Assembly (NCBI RefSeq): GCF_028368995.1
Contig: NZ_JAQNDL010000005.1
Coordinates: 608,001-672,000 of the forward strand
DNA from: Nannocystis bainbridge
Lineage (GTDB): Bacteria > Myxococcota_A > Polyangia > Nannocystales > Nannocystaceae
Reading direction: 5' to 3'
Length of the DNA stretch: 64,000 nucleotides
The notes beneath the pieces are model-generated. The model worked only from the letters and a program-made list of their open reading frames with translations. It did no database searches and was not told the DNA's origin. Shown here in pieces: positions 11,760-21,423 of the stretch (its first letter is position 1; each line of letters opens with the position of its first letter). The position numbers and the translations under genes were made by a program.

Positions 11760-12287
11760 CTACGGCGTCTGGCACAGGTTCCACTCGGTGTTGACGCACA
11801 GCTTGCCGCCGTTCATCCCGGGGTTGGTCGCCTGCACGTCCTGGCACACCCAGTTGCTGCCCTCGATGCAGGCCTCGCCGACCTGCTTCTCGCCGCTCGA
11901 GCAGGCGGCGATGCAGATGCACTCCCCGGTGCCGAAGGTGATCGCCGTGCCGTCGGCGCAGTTCTTGGGCACGTTGGGATCGTCGCAGGCCTGGCCGAGC
12001 GTGGGGTCGCCGCTGAAGGGCGTCGAGCTGATCGAGAAATCGCCGTAGCAGGCCTCGCCGCCGGTCGACGTCGGCGTCCCGCCGCTGGGGTCGTTGGTGG
12101 CGCCGGTCGTGTCGCCGGTCGGATTCCCGCTCGGATCGCCGCTGGGATTGCCGCTCGGGCCCCCGCCGGTCTCGCTGTCCTCGCTGGTGGCGGTGGTCGA
12201 GTCGTCCGGTTCACCGCAGGCGGGCGCGAGCAGCAGCGCGGCGAGGGTCGTGAGGCGGAGGACGTTGGAGCTGTAGATCGTGGACAT
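11760..12287 (-). CDS. Small Cys-rich lipoprotein
   Basis: LLAPAC lipobox, Ser/Gly/Thr linker and a Cys-rich C-terminus. Confidence 0.7.
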   Translation of the reverse strand: MSTIYSSNVLRLTTLAALLLAPACGEPDDSTTATSEDSETGGGPSGNPSGDPSGNPTGDTTGATNDPSGGTPTSTGGEACYGDFSISSTPFSGDPTLGQACDDPNVPKNCADGTAITFGTGECICIAACSSGEKQVGEACIEGSNWVCQDVQATNPGMNGGKLCVNTEWNLCQTP

Positions 12288-12616
12288 GGGTCGGTCTCGC
12301 TTCCGAGATGCCGGCCGAATCGCGCTGTCGCAGCCGTCGCACGACTTCGACGTTGCGCCAGCTCACATGCCCGCCCGAGCGCTCGCGCGCTGCCAACGGG
12401 AGCGAAGCGCAGCCCATGCGGCCGAAGCTGGCCCTCTGCGATCCACGGTGAACCCGGCGTCGATCGATCGCCGCATCGACCTCGACAGGCTCCCACGCCC
12501 GCCGCGCCAGCGAGGCCGCGCGCAAACTTGCCCCGCACGCATGCAGAAGTGCCCCCCGGTGCGTCCCGGCGCCGCACCCCGGCTCTTCCCCAGAGGCCCG
12601 TGCTACCGTCCTCCGC

Positions 12617-12928
12617 ATGGCCGCCCCGCCCTGCATGCACTGCACCCGCTGCGAGCGCGACGTGGCGGTCGAGTACCAGAACTCCGCCACCGCGCGGCGC
12701 TGGTGGCGGCTCTACTTCCTGATCCCCATCTTCTTGCTGCCCGCCTCGCCGATGCTCGCCTCCGACTTCGTCGTCTGCTTGCCGCTGATGATGTCGTACA
12801 TGGTCGGCATGGGCCCCGTGCTGGCCATCGTGCGCGAGGTGCCCACCTGCGCCGAATGTGGCGCGCTGATCCTGGCCGCGGAACAGAGCCACACCGCCGC
12901 GCGTACACGCGCGCCATGCGTGCCCTGA
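12617..12928 (+). CDS. Small LITAF-like zinc-ribbon membrane protein
   Basis: CTRC, then a long hydrophobic segment, then CAEC. Overlaps the start of the next gene. Confidence 0.6.
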   Translation: MAAPPCMHCTRCERDVAVEYQNSATARRWWRLYFLIPIFLLPASPMLASDFVVCLPLMMSYMVGMGPVLAIVREVPTCAECGALILAAEQSHTAARTRAPCVP

Positions 12929-13788
12929 TCTTCGTCCTCGCGCTCGTCGCCTGCCGCGGCGGCCACGACACACGCGCCGCGTCCGCACCCGATCGCCCGC
13001 GAGACGCCATCGCCCTCACCTACCTCGGCGTCGCCGGCTGGCAGCTCGACGCCGGGCCCGTCACGCTCCTCGTCGACCCTTACTATTCGCGGCCCGACCT
13101 CGACGGCCCGATCGTCCCCGACCCCGCGGCCATCGCCGCCCACGCGCCCCCGCGCGCCGACGCGATCGTCATCGGCCACTCGCACGTCGATCACGTCCTC
13201 GACGCCCCGGCCGTCGCCGCTGCCACCGGCGCCCGGCTGATCGGCAGCGAGAGCACCGCCCGCCTCGCGCGCGCCAGCGGCCTGCCTGCCACCCAGATCG
13301 TCGCCGTCCGCGGCCGCGAGCGGATCGCCGGCGACGGCTGGTCGGTGCAGGTCCTGCCGAGCCTCCACTCGAAGATCGGCGACGAGCACCTCGGCGGCCA
13401 GATCGCCGCCGAGCCGCAGCTGCCCATGCGATTCGCCGAATACGCCGAGGGCGGCACCTTCGCCTATCTGGTCGAGGTCGCCGGCCGCCGCGTGCTGTTC
13501 CTCGGCACCGCCAACTTCATCGAGGCCGAGCTCACCGGCCTGCGCCCCGACATCGCAGTCATCGCCACCGGCCTGCGCGAGAAGGTCGACGATTACACCT
13601 GTCGCCTGCTGCGCGCCCTGGGCCGCCCGCCCCTCGTCTACACCAATCACTTCGACGACTGGCGCGGCCCGCCCGTCGACGCCCCGCTCGACGAAGACCT
13701 CTCGGCCTTCGTCGCCGAGGTCGAGCGCTGCGCACCCGGCACCCGCGTGGTCGTCCCGCGCCATTTCGAGCGCATAGAATCGCCGTGA
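12916..13788 (+). CDS. MBL-fold metallo-hydrolase lipoprotein
   Basis: ALVAC lipobox, YLGVAGW, LVDPY, GHSHVDH and NHFDD. Confidence 0.85.
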   Translation: MRALIFVLALVACRGGHDTRAASAPDRPRDAIALTYLGVAGWQLDAGPVTLLVDPYYSRPDLDGPIVPDPAAIAAHAPPRADAIVIGHSHVDHVLDAPAVAAATGARLIGSESTARLARASGLPATQIVAVRGRERIAGDGWSVQVLPSLHSKIGDEHLGGQIAAEPQLPMRFAEYAEGGTFAYLVEVAGRRVLFLGTANFIEAELTGLRPDIAVIATGLREKVDDYTCRLLRALGRPPLVYTNHFDDWRGPPVDAPLDEDLSAFVAEVERCAPGTRVVVPRHFERIESP

Positions 13789-13874
13789 CGTCCCCGCCCG
13801 ATGGTCGGTCGGTGTCGACCTTCTTCGCCATCTGCCGCACCCCACCCGAGTCGCGCACGTCGTACCATTCGACC

Positions 13875-14510
13875 GTGGCGACGCTCAAGACCCTCCAGCA
13901 TCTCACCATCGCCGCGGGGTTGCTGACAGGCTGCGGCGAGCGAAGCGGCTCGACGACGGACGCGGGTGATGCGATGTCATCGGCGAGCGCGACAGCGATG
14001 GAGGCCAGCACGACGACGACGACCGGTATGCTCCCGGACACCACCGCGGGGGTCACCACGACCGCTGTCACTGGGTCCGAGGACGGCTGCCTCGGCGACG
14101 CCGATTGCGCCCCCGATCAGTGTGTCGGGCCGACCGACGAGGTGTGCCCTCAGTGCCTTCCCACGGCGCTGCAGTGCGCCCATGACCTCGATTGCGCGCC
14201 CGGTGACGTGTGCATCGAGTTCCCGGAGCCGTGCTCATGTGACACCCCGTTCACCACGATATGCTCTCCCCCCTGCAACACGTCAGCCGACTGCGAAGCT
14301 GGCGGCGTGTGCGATCTCGGGAGCAAGCACTGCCTGTACGACCCCTGCGTCGGCGATGAGGACTGCCCTCCCCTGTTTGCCTGCGTCCCTGGGCTCGGCG
14401 GCGATGCCTGCCGCCGCCGCCGCTGTGACTCCGACGCCGACTGCGGGGACGCCATCTGCATCGACGGGCTCTGCCACGCCGCGCCGGGCACGTGCATCCC
14501 GGAGGTTTGA
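13875..14510 (+). CDS. Cys-rich repeat lipoprotein
   Basis: LLTGC lipobox and repeated C..DADC...C units. GTG start inferred. Confidence 0.65.
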   Translation: MATLKTLQHLTIAAGLLTGCGERSGSTTDAGDAMSSASATAMEASTTTTTGMLPDTTAGVTTTAVTGSEDGCLGDADCAPDQCVGPTDEVCPQCLPTALQCAHDLDCAPGDVCIEFPEPCSCDTPFTTICSPPCNTSADCEAGGVCDLGSKHCLYDPCVGDEDCPPLFACVPGLGGDACRRRRCDSDADCGDAICIDGLCHAAPGTCIPEV

Positions 14511-14657
14511 CGACCGCGGGCGAGCTCCCGGGCCTGAACGTGGTGCTCCGCGCCGTCCAGGGCTCGTCGCTGCACAGCCTGCCGCGGGATCCTTCACGGA
14601 GGACGGGACGCGTCGACTTCCAGGTCGCCCCTCGACCGAGAGGGAGCCTGTGCCGGG

Positions 14658-15617
14658 CTAGATCTTGGAGGCGTCCTTGCGGGACAGCAGGGTTCCGTGG
14701 AGGAGCATGTGCCGGATGAACTCTGCCTCGCGAAGCTGGGTGTTTGCCTTCTCGGCAAATCGGTTCCGGAGCTCACCGGGTCCGCTCGCGCTGAGTCGGC
14801 TGCTGAGCGCCGCGCTCTCCTCAAGTGCTCGGACCGCCGCCCACAGCGCTCGCTCCATCTCTTCGCTTTGTTGCTGGACGAGGCCCTCGAGCGAGAATGT
14901 GTGGCCGACGTGGCACCGGAAGTGCTGGAACACCTCTGTCCGGGCCTCGGTGAGCACTCCCTGGCAGAGTGGGCAGGCGAGCTCGGCCGGGGCACCGGGC
15001 TCCGTGCCCTCGAGCTGCCTGACGAACTTCCCGGGAAGGTCCTCCGATGCCGCCGGCGTGGCCGCCAGACGTGTCAGAAGATCCGCCAGCTCAGGTGGAG
15101 TCGCCACGTGATCGATCTGGACCTTGCGGATGACGCTGCTCGGCATGTCGGCGGCTTTGGCGGTCTCGGGGGCCTGAACCACGCTCAGACCGCCGCGCGC
15201 CTTGATCGACATCATCCCGGCCGTCCCGCAGTCCAGGTAACCCGAGAGCACGACACCGATGACGCGAGACCCGTAGGCCGTGGACGCTGTGCGGAAGAGG
15301 GCATCGACGGCCGGTCGGTGGTTATTCTCTTTGGGCCCACGCACGACCTCCATGGAGCCGTGTCGTACGAGCAGATGATTGTCGGGTGGCGCGACGTAGA
15401 TGCGCGCAGGTACGATTCGCTCGTTGTGCTCGGGGTGTCTCGCCGAAAGCCGACCACGATTATTCAGGAGCTCGGGTAGTACGCTCTTTTGGTCGGGTTG
15501 CGTGTGGATAGCGACAAAGATCGATGCCGGGAGGTCGGCCGGCAATCCGGCGACAAGGCCCATGAGAACGTCCAGGGAGCCAGCGGAGCCTCCGATCACG
15601 ATGACATCATGGTTCAC
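14658..15617 (-). CDS. cheB: Stand-alone CheB-type methylesterase with C-terminal Cys/His zinc-ribbon extension
   Basis: IGGSAG, IHT, RPAVDALF and LSGYLDCG give the Ser-His-Asp triad. C-terminal CPLC...CHVGH. No receiver domain. Confidence 0.8.
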   Translation of the reverse strand: MNHDVIVIGGSAGSLDVLMGLVAGLPADLPASIFVAIHTQPDQKSVLPELLNNRGRLSARHPEHNERIVPARIYVAPPDNHLLVRHGSMEVVRGPKENNHRPAVDALFRTASTAYGSRVIGVVLSGYLDCGTAGMMSIKARGGLSVVQAPETAKAADMPSSVIRKVQIDHVATPPELADLLTRLAATPAASEDLPGKFVRQLEGTEPGAPAELACPLCQGVLTEARTEVFQHFRCHVGHTFSLEGLVQQQSEEMERALWAAVRALEESAALSSRLSASGPGELRNRFAEKANTQLREAEFIRHMLLHGTLLSRKDASKI

Positions 15618-16008
15618 CGGGCCAGTATGGATCTCGACCCGGGAACAGCCAGCCGCCGTCACCGGTGCACGGAAATGCGCATTTTGCGCCACCTGTCGTT
15701 CCATCGCGGCGTCGGGCGGGCAAGCGGCGCCGATCATCAGCCTCGCCCGCCTGAGGGCAGAGCGCGTGCATCGCGGCGACGCCGCACCGTGAACGGAGAT
15801 TGCCCCGAAAAGTGGATACCTTGCTCAGGCCGCTCGAGTCCGCGCCTGATGCGCGTAGAGGCTCTCCTCGTGGGCGATCGGGGTCGAGCCGGGACGGCTG
15901 TTCAGCCGAGCCCGCCGCATGGAATCGGGCGACCGCCGCGGGCATGCTGGCCGCATGTCGTGGATCTGCCGTCTGCATATTGACTGCGAGCGTGAAGCCA
16001 GCCGGGCG

Positions 16009-16240
16009 TCAGATGTAAGGGTCGAGATCGAAGTACTCGTGGTCTTCGTTCGAGCCGCCCTCGCCTTCGCCCAGGGTCTTCTCGGAAGCGACGAGCTCGA
16101 TGCGCTCGATCCACTTGACCATCTTGAAACCCAGCTGATTCTCGGCGCGAAGCCGCAGCGGTGCGCCATAGACTGCAGACAAGGGTTCACCGATCGCGTC
16201 TTCGATGGTCTGCGTGTCGTAGTACGTCCCGCCGGCCCCG
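16009..16240 (-). pseudogene. C-terminal fragment of a molybdopterin-dependent oxidoreductase (MsrP/YedY-like)
   Basis: YYDTQTIEDA...YGAPLRLRAENQLGFKMVKWIERIE matches the Mo-oxidoreductase C-terminus. The N-terminal part is absent and the fragment overlaps the 3' end of the peptidase gene. Confidence 0.65.
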
Positions 16241-17872
16241 CCGCTCCAGCCCATCCAGATACGCATAAGCCCGCTCGAGCAGCACCCCATGGTAATGCTC
16301 ATAGTTCCCCGCCGTCAGCGGCACCCGCTCGGCGACCTGCGCCGGGTTCCCCTCGAGCACCTCTCCGTTCGGGCGGATCGTCTGCCCGATCGACCACATG
16401 AACTCCACCAGCGGCTGGTCCGTGCCTGGCATCGTCAGCACCTCCGACCACTCCCACGTATTGCTGAACCCGCCTGTCGGCATCCCGATCGTGTGGCCCA
16501 GCGCGTTGTCGACGATCGTCGCCGCGAACTGGTCCAGGTGTGAGCCGCCGCCCGGGCCGAACAGGCACACCAGCGGCCCCGAGAAATGCACCGGCGCCGG
16601 CTGCAGCAGCCCGTCCGAATCGGCGGGCAGGTGCGCCAGCTTGAACGGTACCGCCTCGCTGAAGCTGCGGCCCGCCTGCAGCGCCGGGATCACCGAGCCC
16701 TCGAGCCACGCCAGCAGTCGGACCCCGCCGTCTTCGCTCTCGAACACCCCTGCGTCGCTCGGCCCACCTGCGACCACCTCCGCCCGCTTCTGCGCCACGA
16801 ATGGCACCACCACATCGCTCAGGCGCAGGTTGCCCAGCGTCGTCTTGAACGGTCGGCTCGTCATCCGCTGGATCGCGTAGCCTCCGAGCGAGCCCCCGCG
16901 CGAGCCGGTCGCGTCGACCACCAGCGCGTGCCCCAGCAGCCGCTCCGCCTGCGCGTAGGCCATCAGCCGCTCGACATCTGCCACCAGCGTGCGGCGGAAC
17001 CCCAGCCAGCGCAGCAGCACCAGCTTGCGCCCGTCCGTCGGTCGCAGCAGCTCGTACGTCTCGGTCGCGAACTCGAGCCGCATGCCCGGGTACTCCGGCC
17101 GCTGCGGCCTCTCCCAGCGTATCTCCTCCGGGGGTAGCCACGGCAGCGTCACCTCGTAGACCGCCCCGTCGGCCGCCTGCAGCCCGTACCGCACCTGCGC
17201 CGCGAAATGCTCGGGCGGCAGCAGCCCGCTGCGCACGTGCAGCTGCGCCGACACGTGCCACCAAAAATTCTCGCGCGTCGAATAGGGGTAGTACGGCTCG
17301 ACCCCCGCCACGTACTCCACCAGCGGCCGCCCGTCGATCGCCACCACCCGGTCGCCGCGCCGTGGCGCCCGCAGCTCCGCGTGCGCCGCGAAGAACGAAG
17401 CGTCGAGGTCGGCCACGAACACCGACAATTCGGACCCCCCATAATCGGTAGCGAACCGCAGCGGCGCCTCGGCCTTCGCCTCCCAGCCTGGCACTCGCAA
17501 CCCGCCCTCGACCGGACGGACCTTGAGGTGACGGTCCTTGCGCGCGTTGCTGATCTTCACCAGCGCGTAGAACAGCTCGACCTCCGTCCTCGCCGCCAGC
17601 AGCGCCGGCGCGAACGCCTCCATGTTCGCCCGCACGTCGAGCTCGAGCCGCTCGTTCTTGACCGGCGAGAACGCCTCGCGCCGGGCCGTCTTGTCCCAGA
17701 TCTCGGCGAACAGGCGCGCCCGCTGCTCCGCGGTCCCGAGCGGCGCCGTCGCGGCCGTGGGCGCGCTCGCGAGCGCAGGCGCTGTCGGCGTCACGGTCGC
17801 GGTCCTGTCAGGCTTGCACGCCGGCGTCACGAGGCCGAGGACGATCGCCGCGGCGGCAGGAAATCGCGTCAT
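16187..17872 (-). CDS. S41-family (tail-specific-like) peptidase lipoprotein with PDZ-like region
   Basis: VTPAC lipobox, GDRVVAIDG (PDZ-like), LVVDATGSRGGS, GGSHLDQF and IGMPTGG. Confidence 0.65.
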   Translation of the reverse strand: MTRFPAAAAIVLGLVTPACKPDRTATVTPTAPALASAPTAATAPLGTAEQRARLFAEIWDKTARREAFSPVKNERLELDVRANMEAFAPALLAARTEVELFYALVKISNARKDRHLKVRPVEGGLRVPGWEAKAEAPLRFATDYGGSELSVFVADLDASFFAAHAELRAPRRGDRVVAIDGRPLVEYVAGVEPYYPYSTRENFWWHVSAQLHVRSGLLPPEHFAAQVRYGLQAADGAVYEVTLPWLPPEEIRWERPQRPEYPGMRLEFATETYELLRPTDGRKLVLLRWLGFRRTLVADVERLMAYAQAERLLGHALVVDATGSRGGSLGGYAIQRMTSRPFKTTLGNLRLSDVVVPFVAQKRAEVVAGGPSDAGVFESEDGGVRLLAWLEGSVIPALQAGRSFSEAVPFKLAHLPADSDGLLQPAPVHFSGPLVCLFGPGGGSHLDQFAATIVDNALGHTIGMPTGGFSNTWEWSEVLTMPGTDQPLVEFMWSIGQTIRPNGEVLEGNPAQVAERVPLTAGNYEHYHGVLLERAYAYLDGLERRGRRDVLRHADHRRRDR

Positions 17873-18261
17873 GGCGCGGGCGAGGATAAGCCGAACGAGC
17901 GGCCGACCGCGCGCCCGCGCAACATCCGCCATGCACACCAATGTCCGCAATCCTGGCCCAGCCCGATCCACCGGCGGCCCGGCCGCCGCCTCTTGCTGCC
18001 CGCAGACACAATATCATGAGTGCAGCCGCCGGCGTCGCATTCGCGCCCCCGTGTCGCCCCACGAGCGAGATCTCGCCACCCTGCGCAGCCCGTCGAAGCA
18101 CCGCGACTTCGATCGCGCGATTCACCTTCGAAGCAACCCCGACACCCCCCCCAGCGATTCACCCACTCGCAGCCCACTGGCACCACACGACCCCTCCACC
18201 CACCAAAGCATCAGCCGTATCTCCATCGGCTTCCGCCACCCGGCGTGATACCGTCTCACCC

Positions 18262-18840
18262 GTGACCGACCCGACCGACGGCCCTGGCATCCTCCTCGTC
18301 CCTCGCGCCGCCCAGCCGCGCGTGCGCTGGAAGAACGACGGCGGCTGGACCACCGAGCTGGCCGTGCGGCCCGAGGGCGCCGGTGAATTCGACTGGCGCG
18401 TCAGCATCGCCGAGGTCGACGCCGACTGCCGCTTCTCGCACTTTCCTGGCATCGACCGCAGCATCCTCGTGCTCGCCGGCCCCGGCTTCGATCTCCGCGT
18501 CGACGGCGAGCCTCTCGCGCAGCTGCGCCTCGGCGACCCCGCCCACCCCTTCTCCGGCGATCGCGGGGCCGCCTGCGACCTCGTCGGCGGCCCCACCCGC
18601 GACTTCAACGTCATGACCCGCCGCGGCCGCGTCCGTCACACGCTCACCCGCACCCGCGCTGCCACCCTCGAGCATCGCCCCGGCCTGACCTGGCTCGTTT
18701 ACGTCGAAGGCGGCGACACCCTCGTCGCCGGCGTCCGGGCGACCGCCGGCGACTGCGTAATCTTGGAACATGTCCCCGAGGACACCTTCCCCGTCACCCT
18801 CGCCGGCGACCTCGTCCTCGTCCGCCTCGAGTATCTATGA
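18262..18840 (+). CDS. HutD/Ves family protein
   Basis: WKNDGGWTTE, FDWRVSIAEV, FSHFPGIDR and DFNVMTRR. Confidence 0.85.
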   Translation: MTDPTDGPGILLVPRAAQPRVRWKNDGGWTTELAVRPEGAGEFDWRVSIAEVDADCRFSHFPGIDRSILVLAGPGFDLRVDGEPLAQLRLGDPAHPFSGDRGAACDLVGGPTRDFNVMTRRGRVRHTLTRTRAATLEHRPGLTWLVYVEGGDTLVAGVRATAGDCVILEHVPEDTFPVTLAGDLVLVRLEYL

Positions 18841-18934
18841 TCGGTCACACCATCACTCCGCGTGTCCTGCCGCGTCGACGGCGATGCGTGGAGCCCCGAT
18901 GGTGAACACCTCACCGCCGTGCGACACGCATCGT

Positions 18935-19432
18935 GTGCGTGCCACACCGCTCCTCGCAATGATCGCTCTCGCGCTCGCCTGCTCCGCGCCCGCCCAGGAC
19001 GCGAGCTCGCGCCCCGCCCCGACGCCCGCCGCACCGGCGCCTGCGCCCGCGCCCGAGCCTGCCGCGCAGCCCCCCGCCGAGGCCGCCGCGGTGCCCGTCC
19101 TGCCCGAGCTGCGCGAGACCAGCAATGCCTTCATGGAGGCTCTGCTCGCCGGCACGCTGATCGAGCAGTCCGGCTGCCTGCGCGTCAGCCCTGACGGCAA
19201 GGATCCCGGTCACCTGCTGATCTGGCAGCCGGGCTACACCCCGCGCCGCGCCGAGGGCCGCCTGGAGATCGTCGACAGCACCGGCAAGGTGGTCGCCCGC
19301 GTCGGTGAGCCGCTGCGCACCGGCGGCGGCCAGGCCTCCCTGACCGACTCGCTGCGCGCCCAGCTGAAGGCCCCGCTCGACCCCGCGTGCGTCGGCCCTT
19401 ACTGGCTCATGGGCCAGCTGCAAGCCCCCTGA
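18935..19432 (+). CDS. Hypothetical lipoprotein
   Basis: ALALAC lipobox, Pro/Ala linker, then MEALLAGTL...GCLRV...LIWQPG. Start approximate. Confidence 0.65.
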   Translation: MRATPLLAMIALALACSAPAQDASSRPAPTPAAPAPAPAPEPAAQPPAEAAAVPVLPELRETSNAFMEALLAGTLIEQSGCLRVSPDGKDPGHLLIWQPGYTPRRAEGRLEIVDSTGKVVARVGEPLRTGGGQASLTDSLRAQLKAPLDPACVGPYWLMGQLQAP

Positions 19433-19500
19433 GAGCGCGCCGCCTCGGCGTGCCGCGAACATACGCCCTCGCAACTACGGCCCGGCGTATGCTCGCGCCC

Positions 19501-20265
19501 ATGCGCGCCCCTCTCCTCGTCCTCACGCTCGCGGCTTGCGGCGCCTCGTCGACCCCCGGCGGCGCTGCACCCGACCCGAAGCCCGCGCCCGTCGATGCGC
19601 CCGCGCCCACGAGCGTCGATGTCCTGACCACCAGCGCCGGCCCCTTCGAGATCCACCCGGTGCATCACGGCACCGTGCGATTCGCCATCGGTGACAAGGT
19701 CGTGTGGGTCGACCCGTGGTCCAAGGCCGATCTGCGCGGCCCCAAAGCCGACCTCGTGCTCGTCACCGACATCCACCCCGACCACTTCGACGCCGCCGCG
19801 ATCGCCAGCGTGCGCAAGGACGACGCCATCGTCGTCGCGCCCGCCGTGGTCGCCGAGCAGCTCGCCGGCGCGGTCGTGCTCGCCAACGGCGAATCGCGCG
19901 ACCTCGGGTTCCTCCGCGTCGAGGCGGTGCCGATGTACAACCTCGTGCGCGGCCCCGAGCCGGGCAAGCTCTATCACGACAAGGGCCGCGGCAACGGCTA
20001 CGTGCTGACGGTCGGCGACCGCCGGATCTACCTCTCGGGCGACACCGAGTGCACGCTCGAGATGCAGGCCCTGCGCGACATCGATGTCGCCTTCGTGTGC
20101 ATGAACCTGCCCTACACGATGACCCCGACCGAGGCCGCCGGGTGCGTCGCCGCCTTCAAGCCGAAGGTCCTCTACCCCTATCACTACCGCGACTCCGACC
20201 TCGACGCGCTCGACGGCGCCCTGGCCGGCAGCGGCGTCGAGGTCCGCCGCCGCGCCTGGTATTGA
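19501..20265 (+). CDS. MBL-fold metallo-hydrolase lipoprotein
   Basis: TLAAC lipobox, WVDP, TDIHPDH, VPMYN, YLSGDT, MNLPYTM and PYHY. Confidence 0.85.
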   Translation: MRAPLLVLTLAACGASSTPGGAAPDPKPAPVDAPAPTSVDVLTTSAGPFEIHPVHHGTVRFAIGDKVVWVDPWSKADLRGPKADLVLVTDIHPDHFDAAAIASVRKDDAIVVAPAVVAEQLAGAVVLANGESRDLGFLRVEAVPMYNLVRGPEPGKLYHDKGRGNGYVLTVGDRRIYLSGDTECTLEMQALRDIDVAFVCMNLPYTMTPTEAAGCVAAFKPKVLYPYHYRDSDLDALDGALAGSGVEVRRRAWY

Positions 20266-20318
20266 TGTCCTTCAGAACATGCTCTTCGAGACATGCCCCA
20301 TGAGACATGTCCCGAAGA
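20264..20318. repeat. 14-bp-period repeat array between convergent genes
   Basis: Cores at 20264, 20278, 20292 and 20306. Confidence 0.85.
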
Positions 20319-20326
20319 TTTTGCGA

Positions 20327-21211
20327 TCATTCACACACCACGCCGTCACCGTCGGCGTCGCGGTAATACGCATACTCCGGATCGCGGCCGCGGCGGTACG
20401 GCCCGGCGCCGCGGGCCTTCGCCTCCTTGCAGCTGCCGTAGTTCGGGTCGCCGCCGCTGGTCCGGGGCGCCGTCTTTTTGTCCTGCGAAACCACCGCCGG
20501 TACCTCGATCGGCCCGCCGTCGGGCGCGACCTCGTCCGGGCAGCCGCGCAGGACGTCCTGCATCGCCTCGCGCTCGTCCTCGGTGATCCACAGCCCGTAC
20601 TTGGCCTTGACGGCGATCTGGCGGGCCACGTAGGCGCAGCGGTAGTCGTGGTTCGGCGGCAGCCACAGGGCAGCGTTGCTGCCGCCCTTGGCGCGATTGG
20701 CCGAGGCGTCGACCGCCAGCAGGTTGAGCGGATCGTTGGCCAGCGCGATCCGCCGCGCCGGCTGCCACGCCGCCGCGCCGGTGGCCCACGCGTCGCCGAG
20801 CGCGACCACGTGATCGATGTCGACCGCCGGCCCGCCGCCGCGCTCGAAGGCGATGTCTGCCGCGGTGTACGGATCGGCCAGCTTGCCGGCCGTGACCACG
20901 CAGGGGCGCTTGCTCGGCGCGAGTCGGACCTCGCGGAGGTCACGGCGCAGGATGTCGTCGCGCGTGTCGCAGCCGTTGTGGTCGATGTCGAGCCACGCGC
21001 GCCCGAACTGGTCGCGCGCGTAGTCGCGGCCGTCGCGCGGACGCACCGGCAGCGTCGCCAGCAGCGGCGCCGCCAGCCGCCCCGCGTCGCCAGCGTCATC
21101 CGCGACGATCGCGGCCGGCACCGCGCCGTGGCCCGCCGATCCGCCGGGATCGCAGCCGAGGCCCAGCAGAACGGCGAATACGGCGAAACGGAGGCGCGGG
21201 CGGGCGATCAC
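20327..21211 (-). CDS. Secreted HNH (DUF1524/GmrSD C-terminal-like) nuclease with Excalibur Ca-binding domain
   Basis: LGLGC lipobox, YARDQFG..W.D.D.NGCDTR, DIDHVVAL and ANDPLNLLAV...NRAKG. C-terminal YGSCKEA...DADGDGVVCE. Confidence 0.85.
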   Translation of the reverse strand: MIARPRLRFAVFAVLLGLGCDPGGSAGHGAVPAAIVADDAGDAGRLAAPLLATLPVRPRDGRDYARDQFGRAWLDIDHNGCDTRDDILRRDLREVRLAPSKRPCVVTAGKLADPYTAADIAFERGGGPAVDIDHVVALGDAWATGAAAWQPARRIALANDPLNLLAVDASANRAKGGSNAALWLPPNHDYRCAYVARQIAVKAKYGLWITEDEREAMQDVLRGCPDEVAPDGGPIEVPAVVSQDKKTAPRTSGGDPNYGSCKEAKARGAGPYRRGRDPEYAYYRDADGDGVVCE

Positions 21212-21423
21212 CGCGGCGAATCTCGCCGAGCCGCGATCGGCCGTCCAATTTTCGGCCGAGGCCGTCGCGTCCGATATCGCCGCGCGAATCATCGCACCAC
21301 GCGGCGAGCCCAATCGTGCCACCCTCGCGACGAATGCTGCGTGTCGCCGGGCGCCAGCCGCCGCGCCGCCGCGCGCCTGCAACCGCATCGCGCGCTGGCG
21401 GTGGTTGCGTTAGACTCCGCGGC

